Made by a program: the position numbers and the translations under genes
Assembly: GCA_020628935.1 (NCBI GenBank)
Contig: JAHDEG010000006.1
Coordinates: 142,986-206,985, forward strand
From: Flavobacteriales bacterium
Lineage (GTDB): Bacteria > Bacteroidota > Bacteroidia > Flavobacteriales_G > JALEGO01
Length of the DNA: 64,000 bases
Direction of reading: 5' to 3'
The notes under the pieces: generated by a model
What the model was told of the DNA's origin: nothing
Databases searched by the model: none
Seen by the model: the letters and a program-made list of their open reading frames with translations, nothing else
Shown: positions 1 through 10,418 of the stretch, piece by piece
Numbering within the stretch: position 1 is the stretch's first letter
Layout: each line of letters starts with the position of its first letter

Positions 1-3000
1 CATATAAGACCTACTAAAGTTACCTGTTTCAATATAGCTTTGCTGCTGAAAGCCACCAATAGAATCGTTCCAATTAAAAAATTCATTAGTGTTAAAACCA
101 AAAGTTGAGTTGGCTGTTAAATCGATTCTTAAATCTTTTATAGGCTCTATACTTCCTCTAAAATTAAGTTGCTCGGTTTTGGTTGTAGTGTGCTGAGTTG
201 GTATGTTTACTCCCTGAACAAGCCAGCCTTGAGATGCGGCATATGGGGCAAAATCTTCATCTTTAGCGGCACCAACTACATCTTGTAAACCAAAGATAAA
301 TGGAACTCCAGGAGAGTTAAACCTGTTATCCATACCCATTAAACTTGTTTTATTTTTAATCCCAGGTAGCAATAACCCATTATCTTGGTTATACGTTACA
401 GATGCGTTTTTAAAGCCCATTAAAAATTTAGCGACTCTATCTACAGCTGTAATTTTATCTTCATCTTTTTCTTTCTCTTCCTTCCTTATTTCTTTCTTTG
501 TTTTGGTGGAGTCTTCAATGGTTGATTCTATTACTTTTTTAATTTTATTATCAAGTACTGTTTTCTTCTTTTTCTTTTTGTCGCGTTCTGCCTTTCTAAA
601 CTTTTGCTTCACTTTTTTCAAATAAGGTACCTTATTGTATAGGTTAAGGAAGTTGAGATTGGTGTTTACCTGGTAGCTATTAGAGTTTTGTATGGTGTGC
701 CCTAAGGAGTCGGCCGCAAATGGCGCTCTTTGCCAATTATAGCTTGAAGAATACCTTGCTGTAGCACTCATCCAATTAGTAAGTGGAAATTTATTTAATG
801 GTACCGTCCAGTTTAAATTAGATTGGTGTCTATAATCTGTATTTGTTCCTCCTTTTGAGATGTTAGAAAAAACAGAGTCTTTCCAAAGTTTAAATCCATC
901 AGGGTCTTCTTTACGATCAACCTTTCCGTATGGCTCCTCAATAAGTGCGGTGTTGGTTGCGTTGAAATCAAATTTTAGGTTATTTGTTATGTCGTACGCT
1001 AAATTATATCTTCTAAACCAGTTGAAGTTTTTATTGTAAAACGGGGGTATTTCTGCCCTAATTCCTGGGTTTGTATTTCGTGTAATTCTTTCGTTATAAA
1101 AACGATCAATATCTGTACTAAAGCCATATGATTTTGGTCCTAAAAACAAATTCATATCTTTTATTAATTTCAAATATTTCGATTTTAAAAACTTAGCGTT
1201 TTTAAAGGGTTCAAAATTAATTGGCTTAGGGTTAAAGCTATACGTTAAATTAGCTTGATGCGTAACTGTTAAGTCTTTATTAATGGTAAAGTTGCTCCTA
1301 AAGGTTTCTGTAAAAGCGTATGAAGCCGTAAAGTTTGATATATCAAAAAACCGCGGTTTTGCGCTGCCCGTTCTTTGCCGTTTAACATTGGTTAGGTTAA
1401 AACTTTTTTGAACGGTTTGATCTCTTACAATAGAAAGTAATGAATCTACATATGCATCATCGGCAATTGGTGAATTGGTTAACACATCTAATTCTACATC
1501 AGGGTCTAACGGGTTAAAACGCGGTGTAATTACTCCTTTAGAATAACCCAAGTACATTGGTGCGGATAAGCCTATTGGCTTTGGTAAAAACTGACCAAGA
1601 TCTGTTTCAAATGAAATATCAAACTGTTGTATTGTTTCTAGTTGGCGCTCTGCAACTCTCTTATCAATACTTCCAAAACCAGGGGTACTCATACTACCAG
1701 CAACAGAAAGGGTTCCTAAACCAGGCATATCGGTAACTAATCTACCTATAGCCGCCCAGCCGCCATCATTATCAAAGTCGGTTAAACGCAATTCATTAAA
1801 CCAAACCTCAACACATTTTGATACGTTGTCATCTTTAGGGTTTTTGATACCCACCATTACTGTTTTAACTGTGCTTAGGTTAGGGTTACCAACAATTATT
1901 ATGTTATTGTCTGGGTAGTTAGGGTCTGGCCTTGAATACGCTTTTTGAAATAGAGCTGCATTATTTTGAATTTCGACATTACGTTGTGTTTTAATCGCTT
2001 GCAACTTTGAAAACTCTATGTCAATATTATTTAGTGTTGGCCATACTTGTCGCTGTGCATTTTCGTCTTCTGGGTTATAAAAACCAGGAGCAGTTACTTT
2101 TAATGGTAATTCGTACTCGTAATAATTATTTTCAAAATCAGTACCTAATCTAATAAACACCTTAAGCTCGTCATCTTGTAATAGGCTTTCTCCTTCTACA
2201 GCTTCACCGTGGGTGTACAATTGTAAGCGATTATACATACGAACATCGTAATCAAAGTTTCTGTAGGCTGCCTGAAAAGCTCCGTCTGGTAAATCACAGG
2301 TTTTTAATTGTAGTGCCTGCTCATTTTGACGTTGCTGATTAATTGTTGTTAAATCTACCTGACGATCAATATCTGGTGGTAACACGTAGTTTACGGGTGT
2401 TTTACTCGCGTTTTCCTCAATATTTACCGCCCCAATATCAAAACTACTAAACTGATCTTCACTAACATATTCACCCGCTGCTTTGTTATCGCCATCATAT
2501 TTTCTCCATTGCCCAGTCACGAGTTCTAATCTTGCAAAACGTAAAAAAACAGGGTCTTTAAATCCTTTTACGAACATCCTCATAAAGCGAACAGAATTCA
2601 ACCCTTGAATATCACCAATGGCTTTTCTATCTTTATCTCTCACAGGGATTCTGAATTGATACCAGTTTACAGGTTTACTTCCACTTGGGGTTTCAACAGG
2701 AGCATTATATACGCTAGAAATGTAGTTGTCACCAACCGCACCAGGGTTAATTGATCCACTAGAAATATCTACTTCGTATTGGTAATAGCTTTCACCATAA
2801 TTTATGGTTTTATCGTTATTTACATCTTCGGAGTTTGGTAAGGTAGAAGCCGTTGTTGGATAGCCATCAGCATTAAGTTCACTGTACTGTTCTGAAGTTG
2901 GTGAGTTTCCTTCTAAACCATTATAATTTTTATACCGCTCTAATATATCAAGGTTTTGTTGATCGTAATCGTCTCCCAAAAAATAGTGGTAATCATCGGC

Positions 3001-6000
3001 AGATATATCTTGCAATGCTTGTGTGTAAGCTACTGAGTTTGTCCCGTATAATGCTTCAATACGATCTAAGTATTCTTGCTGAAAAAAAGTTGCTTCTTGT
3101 TGGTTTGCCAACCCATCTAAACCAACATCTTGGTATTCTCTAGTTTCGGGGTTATTATCAAATGCATCTAATAAGTAGGGTACAGAATTAGGAATTACCC
3201 TACCCCATGGTGAAAGTGTATCGTCTGTTAAGTCTTGAGATTCTTGTTGTGTTGTACCTAGCCCATTCTCAAAAAATCGCTGATCATCCCTTAGAATATC
3301 TTCCGAAATATTACCTATGTTAAAATATAACTTACCATTGGTGGCAGCATCAGGAAAACCTGGTGTGCCTGCCTCTGCATAAGGATCCATTAACCAGAAC
3401 TGGATGTATTCTACATTTGATGCATCAAAATCGTTTGTATTAATCTCTCGCATTATTCCTCCCCAACGCTCTTCAGGGTTTTTAAGGGATCCATCATCAT
3501 TAATACCTGCACTGTACTGAACACCGCTTGTATCTCTACCATCTACATCGTAATTGTATGGTCCTCTTTCGTTAGGATAAAAAGCTAAATCAAACATAGC
3601 TACTTGTTGTTGTTGGGTTGCAGCTAAATCTTTATTTGGGAAAACCTCTGTCTCATATACCTGGCGCATGAAGTGGTTAGATTGTATTTCTGGGTCGGTT
3701 ATGCCCTCAGGGGTTAAGTTATTTGTTCTGTAAAAAATAGATGGGTCAATGGTATACCAGGCTAGTTTTGCTCTACCATAACCATTTGCGAGATTAGAAG
3801 ATGTCTCACCTTCTGGAAACAACCCTGGTTGACCTTGAGGTGTACTTGCTAATTGCCATGTTGCTTGAGAACGCAATTCAATAGTAGATAAACTTCCTTC
3901 GAAATCATCTAGGTAGGAAGTACCGTCTTTACCAATTGCTTTTGAGTGACCAGGAAATAACTTTGCATACTCTCCTGTAAAATTAATTCGTGATTTTCCT
4001 TTAGAGGATAAAAAGGGCATTTTATCAATCAAATCGGTTAAAAATTGTGACTGATCGTTGTATGCAACATCTACACCTAACATTGTGTTGTTTATAGGTT
4101 CGTTCCCCGCATTTACTTTTTGAGTTATGGGTCGCTCCGACAGTCTCATTAAGGTACCACCTAGTTGAAGGTTTTTATTTACTTCATAATCAAAACGGGC
4201 GCCAATTAAACTTTTTTGTTGAACAGCAAATAGCGAATTGCTTTCAAAAGCAATTTTTATAGGGGCTGCCGCTTCAAGAATAGATGGGTTAATTATTTTA
4301 ACCCGTCCGAGATTATAATCTACTGTATAATCGGCATTTTCGGTAAGTAAATTGCCTCCTTGGGTTACTGAAACTGACCCTTCAGGTAAATTAAATGCAC
4401 CTAAAGAGAACTCAGAACTAACATCTGATTGATACTCACCTTTTATGTAAAATCGGTTCTTTTGAGGATAGTTTACTCGAGCTAGTGACTTGGTGGTAGT
4501 ATAGAGAGAGTCAAAGGCAAATTTGTTTGCAAGGCTTTCTTCACCCGATAAAAAAGCATCTTTTAAACCATCACCAAAGGGTTCAAGTTTTGGGAAAATA
4601 ACACGTGCACGTTCTGGCATTATTGTTATGGGAGGATCACTTAAAAAATCGAAGACTCCATCACCGGTTTCAACTCTTTGGTTGTTTACAGTTAGTTTAT
4701 CAAGCCCCATTACCTGAATAAGTGCTCTATCTTTTACAGAGCCTTCTGGCAAGTAATTAATTTCTACTCCCGTGGTTGCATCTAGGTACCAAACATCTAA
4801 CCTAAATCCTTCTTTTTTTACTTGATACGCATTTCCGAGGCTATAAATGTTTTTCATCATTAAATCCCACATAGGGGCGTTAAAGTCGAGTTCAACACTT
4901 TTAATCATCTTTAAAATAAGCGCTTGCTCTCCGGCAATACCATCTGTTGAAAATTCACCTACCTGGTATGTTTTACCTCTGTATGTAAATTGAAACGCCA
5001 CAGCTAAAGCTTGATCGACAGGCATTTCGTTATTTAATGAAATATAACCTAGTTGACGATTAAGAGTGTAATGCTGTCCTTCTTGCAAAATTTCGGCTTG
5101 CGAGATGGTTAAAAAATCTCTTCTGTCTTCTAAACCCAATCCTTTTAAAACACCTACAGCACCCGAAAAACCTCTTACAGCAGGATTGTTTGAAACTTGA
5201 CCGTATAAGCTGTTTGCGTTAGACTGTGGGATATCGCTAGTACTGTTGTCATTTATTGAACTATTAAGTAAACGATCTGTAATTGCAGTACCTAAATCTT
5301 GAAATGCGATTATATTACGTGTGTTATCAAAAACATTTCTTGGTGTTTTATATACTTCAATTTTGGTAATGTAAAACTCTGAATTAATTAATGGAGGATT
5401 TGCGACTGCTTGCTCGTATTTATCTCTAAAAAAATGATCTAAAAAAAAGTGTTTATTAAATTCATACTCATCAGCTTTTACTTCAAATTCTTTTACCTGA
5501 GAACCATTTTTAATTTCAATTTCGTCTTTTTTACCTTGTTGCTGTGAAAGTATAGTTGTTACATTTAGCTTCCCAAATTTTAATCCTGTTTTAACTCCAA
5601 ACAACGTCTGGCTTCCTGTAATTAGTGAGCTACGCAAGGGCATAGATACATTACCCAATTCAATAAGTTGAATAATATCATCTTCTTGGCCTGTGTAAGT
5701 TAATTTGGTTAAGTTTTCAAAATTAAACATCGCCTCAGTATTGAAGTTTAGGTTTAATTTCATTTTATCGCCAATGGAACCAAGTAAGTTAAATTGAATT
5801 TTTTGATCAAATAAAAACGTTGTTAGTCGTTGTTGTTTTAATGGAATGGCTGGGTTTTCTGTTTTAGAACTCTGCAACCCAAGAATAACCTCAATTGACC
5901 CTTGAGGCTTGATGTCTATAACATCGCTTCCAAAAATTCTGTCAAACACCTCGTTGTTTAACTTTATTTGCGGGCGAAAGCCTTTTTCTTCTTTTTTTGC

Positions 6001-6366
6001 TTCTAATTCCTCTGCTTTTTTTTGTTTCCAAAAGTCATCTAAAGATTTTGACATGTCATAATCCAAATATTCATCTAGAGACATAGAAACAGGCCTTCTG
6101 TAATCCATACTATTACCCACTTTTTGAGTAACAATATACTGACCCGTATTTTCATCAAACTCTGTAGAAGATTTGATGTTTGAAGGAGTATTTAAATATA
6201 AACCACCTTCATTTGGGCTTTGAACAGGGGAAAAACTTTCATCCTCTAACGGAAATGGAAGCTCTATTTCGGGGAGTTCATTTGTATCAATAGCTAACTG
6301 AGCATAAGTAGCTTTTGAAAACAACAAAACAGCAACAAAACAGGAGTATTTTAAATATTGGACCAA
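1..6366 (-). CDS. sprA: T9SS outer-membrane translocon SprA/Sov; 3' end lies beyond the left edge
   Basis: Manual translation of the 5' part from TTG at 6366 gives a signal peptide, then FDRIFGSDVIDIKPQGS, FDQKIQFNLLGSIGDKM and EDDIIQLIELGNVSMPL, typical of SprA. The frame appears to run to position 1 (~2120 codons; spot-checked). It lies directly downstream of ruvA, as is usual in Bacteroidota. Confidence 0.95.
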   Translation of the reverse strand, partial: MVQYLKYSCFVAVLLFSKATYAQLAIDTNELPEIELPFPLEDESFSPVQSPNEGGLYLNTPSNIKSSTEFDENTGQYIVTQKVGNSMDYRRPVSMSLDEYLDYDMSKSLDDFWKQKKAEELEAKKEEKGFRPQIKLNNEVFDRIFGSDVIDIKPQGSIEVILGLQSSKTENPAIPLKQQRLTTFLFDQKIQFNLLGSIGDKMKLNLNFNTEAMFNFENLTKLTYTGQEDDIIQLIELGNVSMPLRSSLITGSQTLFGVKTGLKFGKLNVTTILSQQQGKKDEIEIKNGSQVKEFEVKADEYEFNKHFFLDHFFRDKYEQAVANPPLINSEFYITKIEVYKTPRNVFDNTRNIIAFQDLGTAITDRLLNSSINDNSTSDIPQSNANSLYGQVSNNPAVRGFSGAVGVLKGLGLEDRRDFLTISQAEILQEGQHYTLNRQLGYISLNNEMPVDQALAVAFQFTYRGKTYQVGEFSTDGIAGEQALILKMIKSVELDFNAPMWDLMMKNIYSLGNAYQVKKEGFRLDVWYLDATTGVEINYLPEGSVKDRALIQVMGLDKLTVNNQRVETGDGVFDFLSDPPITIMPERARVIFPKLEPFGDGLKDAFLSGEESLANKFAFDSLYTTTKSLARVNYPQKNRFYIKGEYQSDVSSEFSLGAFNLPEGSVSVTQGGNLLTENADYTVDYNLGRVKIINPSILEAAAPIKIAFESNSLFAVQQKSLIGARFDYEVNKNLQLGGTLMRLSERPITQKVNAGNEPINNTMLGVDVAYNDQSQFLTDLIDKMPFLSSKGKSRINFTGEYAKLFPGHSKAIGKDGTSYLDDFEGSLSTIELRSQATWQLASTPQGQPGLFPEGETSSNLANGYGRAKLAWYTIDPSIFYRTNNLTPEGITDPEIQSNHFMRQVYETEVFPNKDLAATQQQQVAMFDLAFYPNERGPYNYDVDGRDTSGVQYSAGINDDGSLKNPEERWGGIMREINTNDFDASNVEYIQFWLMDPYAEAGTPGFPDAATNGKLYFNIGNISEDILRDDQRFFENGLGTTQQESQDLTDDTLSPWGRVIPNSVPYLLDAFDNNPETREYQDVGLDGLANQQEATFFQQEYLDRIEALYGTNSVAYTQALQDISADDYHYFLGDDYDQQNLDILERYKNYNGLEGNSPTSEQYSELNADGYPTTASTLPNSEDVNNDKTINYGESYYQYEVDISSGSINPGAVGDNYISSVYNAPVETPSGSKPVNWYQFRIPVRDKDRKAIGDIQGLNSVRFMRMFVKGFKDPVFLRFARLELVTGQWRKYDGDNKAAGEYVSEDQFSSFDIGAVNIEENASKTPVNYVLPPDIDRQVDLTTINQQRQNEQALQLKTCDLPDGAFQAAYRNFDYDVRMYNRLQLYTHGEAVEGESLLQDDELKVFIRLGTDFENNYYEYELPLKVTAPGFYNPEDENAQRQVWPTLNNIDIEFSKLQAIKTQRNVEIQNNAALFQKAYSRPDPNYPDNNIIIVGNPNLSTVKTVMVGIKNPKDDNVSKCVEVWFNELRLTDFDNDGGWAAIGRLVTDMPGLGTLSVAGSMSTPGFGSIDKRVAERQLETIQQFDISFETDLGQFLPKPIGLSAPMYLGYSKGVITPRFNPLDPDVELDVLTNSPIADDAYVDSLLSIVRDQTVQKSFNLTNVKRQRTGSAKPRFFDISNFTASYAFTETFRSNFTINKDLTVTHQANLTYSFNPKPINFEPFKNAKFLKSKYLKLIKDMNLFLGPKSYGFSTDIDRFYNERITRNTNPGIRAEIPPFYNKNFNWFRRYNLAYDITNNLKFDFNATNTALIEEPYGKVDRKEDPDGFKLWKDSVFSNISKGGTNTDYRHQSNLNWTVPLNKFPLTNWMSATARYSSSYNWQRAPFAADSLGHTIQNSNSYQVNTNLNFLNLYNKVPYLKKVKQKFRKAERDKKKKKKTVLDNKIKKVIESTIEDSTKTKKEIRKEEKEKDEDKITAVDRVAKFLMGFKNASVTYNQDNGLLLPGIKNKTSLMGMDNRFNSPGVPFIFGLQDVVGAAKDEDFAPYAASQGWLVQGVNIPTQHTTTKTEQLNFRGSIEPIKDLRIDLTANSTFGFNTNEFFNWNDSIGGFQQQSYIETGNFSRSYM

Positions 6367-6370
6367 AAAA

Positions 6371-6952
6371 TTATAATTGTTTTAGTGCTCTTTTTATTAG
6401 TTCTTCTACTGATGCTGTAGGTGTTTCTTTAACAATTTTACTTATTGTTTTATTAGCAACCATTTTGTTAAATCCAAGAGCCATCAATGCAGATAACGCT
6501 TCATCTTGAGAAGTATTGCTTTTTCCTTCAAAAATTTCTGCTTCGGCACCTAATGTTACTACTTTGTCTTTAAGATCAATAACTAAACGTTGAGCTGTTT
6601 TGGGGCCAACTCCCTTTACCGATTTAATAACAGGTACGTTATCTGTAAGTATTGCATTTATTATTTCACCGGGCGATAATGACGATAACACTAATCGGGC
6701 AGTATTAGTGCCAATACCAGAAACCGAGATGAGTTGCGTAAATAACTCTCTCTCCATTTTAGAGGCAAAACCAAACAATTTTTGGGAATCTTCTTTAACT
6801 GCAAAGTAGGTATAAAACTTACTTAAGTTAGTTGCTAAGGCTTTTTCGTAAGTAAATAACGAAATGTTTAGTAGGTAACCAACACCTGAAACATCAATAA
6901 TGACGTAGGTTGGAGTGAGTTCATCTACTTTACCTGAAATATATTCGTACAC
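6371..6952 (-). CDS. ruvA: Holliday junction branch migration protein RuvA
   Basis: LISVSGIG and VKGVGPKTAQRLVIDLKDK HhH motifs; C-terminal ALSALMALGF domain; GTG start. Confidence 0.97.
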   Translation of the reverse strand: MYEYISGKVDELTPTYVIIDVSGVGYLLNISLFTYEKALATNLSKFYTYFAVKEDSQKLFGFASKMERELFTQLISVSGIGTNTARLVLSSLSPGEIINAILTDNVPVIKSVKGVGPKTAQRLVIDLKDKVVTLGAEAEIFEGKSNTSQDEALSALMALGFNKMVANKTISKIVKETPTASVEELIKRALKQL

Positions 6953-6974
6953 ACTGGTGGTTTGAAATAAACCG

Positions 6975-6982
6975 CAAAGTTA
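6975..6982 (-). promoter_or_regulatory. Bacteroidota -7 promoter element (TAACTTTG) for ruvA-sprA
   Basis: Exact TAnnTTTG match 22 nt upstream of ruvA; no clear -33 TTTG. Confidence 0.55.
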
Positions 6983-7055
6983 TAAAATTGGTTCAATTGA
7001 GGTTTATTTAATGCAAACAAAGATGGTTGTTTTTTATATGTGCACAGATAATCTG

Positions 7056-7063
7056 TACCTTTG
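7056..7063 (+). promoter_or_regulatory. Bacteroidota -7 promoter element (TACCTTTG) for era-der
   Basis: Exact TAnnTTTG match upstream of era. Confidence 0.55.
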
Positions 7064-7124
7064 TAGGAAATTTTGATAGCTTTTTTTCGAAACAATCGTT
7101 TAAAAGCCTTTTTATTGATTAATT

Positions 7125-8006
7125 ATGGCACATAAAGCAGGTTTTGTAAGCATTATAGGAAAGCCAAATGTTGGAAAATCGACATTAATTAATGCTTTAA
7201 TTGGTGAACGTTTAGCTATTACTAACCCAAAGGCTCAAACTACGAGACATCGTATAATGGGTTTTTTAAACGGGGAGGACTATCAAATTGTGTTTTCTGA
7301 TACTCCAGGAATACTAGATGCTAAGTATGGTTTGCAAGAGAAAATGATGGATAAGGTTTTGGAAACATTTCACGACTCTGATGTTGTTTTGTTTGTAGTA
7401 GATAACGAACAAACAAAAATTGACAACGAAGAGATTAAAACCAAACTACTGCGACTAGAAATACCTATAATTTTACTCGTAAATAAAGCTGACCTTCTTA
7501 AAGAGGAAGAGGTTGAAGATTTAAGGCTTAAGTGGGCTAAAGAACTACCAAAGGCTGAGGTTAAGTTTATTTCTGCACTACACAAAGTGCATATTGACAA
7601 GCTGGTTGATAAAATAAAAGAAACGCTACCTGAATCGCCCGCTTATTTTTCGAAGGAAGATTTTACCGATAAGCCCGAACGATTTTTTGTTTCTGAGATT
7701 GTTAGAAAACACTTGCTAACCCTTTACATGCAAGAAATACCATACTCTTGTGAAGTAATGGTGGAAGAGTTTAAAGAGGATGAAAGAATAATACGAATTA
7801 GAGCGATTATTTTTGTGGAACGCGATTCTCAGAAAGGAATTATAATTGGCAAGGGAGGAAGTCAGATTAAAAAGCTTGGAATTGAATCTAGAAAAGACCT
7901 AGAAGTGTTTTTTCAAAAGCAAATATTTTTGGATTTAACAGTGAAAGTTCAAAAAAATTGGAGAAACGATGATAAACTACTTAAGCAATTTGGATATTTG
8001 CAGTAA
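7125..8006 (+). CDS. era: GTPase Era
   Basis: [20 protein letters not shown] motifs and the KH-domain motif GIIIGKGG. Confidence 0.98.
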   Translation: MAHKAGFVSIIGKPNVGKSTLINALIGERLAITNPKAQTTRHRIMGFLNGEDYQIVFSDTPGILDAKYGLQEKMMDKVLETFHDSDVVLFVVDNEQTKIDNEEIKTKLLRLEIPIILLVNKADLLKEEEVEDLRLKWAKELPKAEVKFISALHKVHIDKLVDKIKETLPESPAYFSKEDFTDKPERFFVSEIVRKHLLTLYMQEIPYSCEVMVEEFKEDERIIRIRAIIFVERDSQKGIIIGKGGSQIKKLGIESRKDLEVFFQKQIFLDLTVKVQKNWRNDDKLLKQFGYLQ

Positions 8007-8008
8007 TC

Positions 8009-8150
8009 TTGCCCCAGATAGCAGTGTAAAGCTATTTTGCTAGAATACTTGTTTAAGCATGAGTTTGATGAGCGACCAAAGGAAGCTACAGCAAAACATA
8101 GCGAAAACAGTTTTATAGCTAAATACTTGAAACGAATAGCTGGATAAGGC
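8009..8150 (+). ncRNA. Structured intergenic hairpin element, Flavo-1-like RNA or REP-like repeat
   Basis: Ends GCCCCAGATAGCAGTG...TTGAAACGAATAGCTGGATAAGGC. Nested imperfect inverted repeats: tattttgcta/tagctaaata, tgttt/aaaca, tttg/caaa and an apical agc-GA-cc-aaa-gg-AA-gct. The family name is from recollection, not a search. Confidence 0.55.
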
Positions 8151-8178
8151 ACATAATTTTAATTCATAAACATATTAA

Positions 8179-9489
8179 ATGTCATTTATTGTTGCAGTTG
8201 TAGGAAGACCAAATGTTGGAAAATCTACTTTTTTTAATAGGCTTACAGAGAGTCAACAGGCGATTGTTGATCGTACAAGCGGTGTGACCAGAGATAGGCA
8301 TTACGGAGAGACCATTTGGGGAAATAAAACGTTTAGTATAATTGATACTGGAGGGTTTACAAGCGGAACCGAAGATGTTTTTCAGGGAGAAATTAACAAG
8401 CAAGTTAATATGGCTATTGATGAGTGCGATATTATCGTGTTTATGGTGGATGTATCGACAGGAATTACTGATTATGATGAGCAGTTGGCGAATATTTTAA
8501 GACGCTCTTCTAAGCCGGTGATTTTAGTTGTTAACAAAGTTGATAATAGTAATAGAGTGTTGGAGGCTAATAATTTTTATTCGTTAGGTTTTAAAGAACT
8601 GTTCTCTATTTCTGCGGTTAATGGTTCGGGAACTGGTGAATTACTGGACAGGATTTCGGAATCCATACCAGAAAACCATACAGAACCCAACGATAGTGAT
8701 TTACCTCGCTTTGCTATTGTGGGAAAGCCCAATGTTGGAAAATCATCATTAACCAATACCTTACTTGGAAAAGATAGGTCTATTGTAACACCTGCTGCAG
8801 GCACAACAAGAGATTCTATTGATAAAACCTATAGTGCCTTTGGGTTTAATTTTGTTTTGGTAGATACTGCAGGACTTCGAAAAAAACCAAAGGTTACTGA
8901 CGACTTAGAGTTTTACTCGGTAATGAGAACGATCAGGTCTATTGAACGCTCTGATGTTTGTGTGCTCATGCTTGATGCTCAAGAGGGTATACAAGCCCAA
9001 GATGTTAACATTTTAAGCCTCATTCATAAAAACAATAAGGGTTTAGTTGTAGTGGTTAATAAGTGGGATTTGATTGAAAAAGACCATATGACATCACTAA
9101 AATACGAAGAGAAAATTCGGGAGCGGGCCGCGCCTTTTACTGATTTCCCTATTGTGTTTACATCTGTACTTGAAAAACAGAGAATTCATAAGGTTTTAGA
9201 GGAAACTACTAGAGTTTACTCTAACCGAAAAAAAAGAGTGAGAACATCTACCATTAACGATGAACTATTACCTCTTTTAAAACACAACGGCCCACCTATT
9301 TATAAAGGCAAACAAATCAATATTAAATACATTACTCAGCTACCTGGTGGTTATCCTTCTTTTGCGATTTTCTGTAATTTACCACAATATGTAAAAGATG
9401 CTTACAAGAGATATGTAGAAAACAGAATACGCGAAATGTTTGATTTTAACGGTGTTCCTATTAAAATATATTTTAGAAAATCAAGCTAA
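8179..9489 (+). CDS. der: Ribosome biogenesis GTPase Der (EngA)
   Basis: Two tandem G domains (GRPNVGKS...DTGG; GKPNVGKS...DTAG) and a C-terminal KH-like domain. Confidence 0.98.
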   Translation: MSFIVAVVGRPNVGKSTFFNRLTESQQAIVDRTSGVTRDRHYGETIWGNKTFSIIDTGGFTSGTEDVFQGEINKQVNMAIDECDIIVFMVDVSTGITDYDEQLANILRRSSKPVILVVNKVDNSNRVLEANNFYSLGFKELFSISAVNGSGTGELLDRISESIPENHTEPNDSDLPRFAIVGKPNVGKSSLTNTLLGKDRSIVTPAAGTTRDSIDKTYSAFGFNFVLVDTAGLRKKPKVTDDLEFYSVMRTIRSIERSDVCVLMLDAQEGIQAQDVNILSLIHKNNKGLVVVVNKWDLIEKDHMTSLKYEEKIRERAAPFTDFPIVFTSVLEKQRIHKVLEETTRVYSNRKKRVRTSTINDELLPLLKHNGPPIYKGKQINIKYITQLPGGYPSFAIFCNLPQYVKDAYKRYVENRIREMFDFNGVPIKIYFRKSS

Positions 9490-9494
9490 GATAA

Positions 9495-10418
9495 ATGATG
9501 ATATCTGTTATAATACCTGTTTTTAATGAGTTGCAAAACTTAAATGAGTTAATTACTCGTTTAACGCAATCCATTAACAAAATAGGGTTAACAGATAGTT
9601 CTGAAATACTGTTTATTGATGATAATAGTACTGACGGTACTTACGAATATCTTTCTGAAAGATCTCAAAAAAACAATCAAATAAAGGTTTTAGGTTTTAC
9701 TAGAAATTTTGGGCATCAAACTGCCCTTTATGCGGGTTTAGAACATTGTAAAGGTGATTTCGCTGTAATTATGGATGGTGATTTGCAAGACCCTCCCGAA
9801 TTAATTGAACAATTATATTCACATTATAAGAGTGGCTACAAGGTTGTAAATGCCAAGCGAACAAAAAGAAAAGGGGAAACCTTTCTTAAGAAAACTACTG
9901 CCGTTATTTTTTATAGGTTTTTAAAAAAAACTACCTCTTTTGATATTCCTGTTGATACAGGCGATTTTAGATTGATTGATCGCTCTGTAATTGAGCATTT
10001 AAAAAATATGTCTGAGCAAAATAAATACATCAGAGGACAAATTGCTTGGTTGGGTTTAAAAACTACGGAAGTTGAATACGTAAGAGAAGAACGAAAATAC
10101 GGAAAAACATCCTTCTCTTACTCAAAAATGTTTCGGTTTGCAATGGATGGTATTACTTCTTTTTCAGATGTACCCATTAGATTAGTAACTTTTTTAGGCT
10201 TGTTCTTCTTTGGGGTTTCTGCACTTATTATCTTTTATGCTTTGTACTCTTATTTTTACCTTGAACGTTACATAACCGGTTGGACATCTCTAATTATAAG
10301 CACCATGTTTATTGGTGGAATTCAATTATTGTGTATTGGAATAATTGGGCAGTATATCTCTAGAATGGATAAAAATTTAAGAAAAAGACCTTTTTATGTT
10401 TTGAAGAATAATGATTAA
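9495..10418 (+). CDS. GT2 polyprenyl-phosphate glycosyltransferase (GtrB/YkoT-like)
   Basis: IIPVFNE, DDNSTD, RNFGHQ, DGDLQDPP, DTGDFRL and two C-terminal TM helices. Confidence 0.9.
   Translation: MMISVIIPVFNELQNLNELITRLTQSINKIGLTDSSEILFIDDNSTDGTYEYLSERSQKNNQIKVLGFTRNFGHQTALYAGLEHCKGDFAVIMDGDLQDPPELIEQLYSHYKSGYKVVNAKRTKRKGETFLKKTTAVIFYRFLKKTTSFDIPVDTGDFRLIDRSVIEHLKNMSEQNKYIRGQIAWLGLKTTEVEYVREERKYGKTSFSYSKMFRFAMDGITSFSDVPIRLVTFLGLFFFGVSALIIFYALYSYFYLERYITGWTSLIISTMFIGGIQLLCIGIIGQYISRMDKNLRKRPFYVLKNND

Noticed and set aside
2898-6809. Short plus-strand ORFs (2898, 4523, 6315, 6600) in the ORF track
   Set aside because: They are antisense shadows of sprA and ruvA with no motifs. The same applies to the other 60-130 aa ORFs nested in long genes throughout the window.
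7949-8152. 67-aa minus-strand ORF across the era-der spacer
   Set aside because: It overlaps era and the hairpin element and has no protein-like features.
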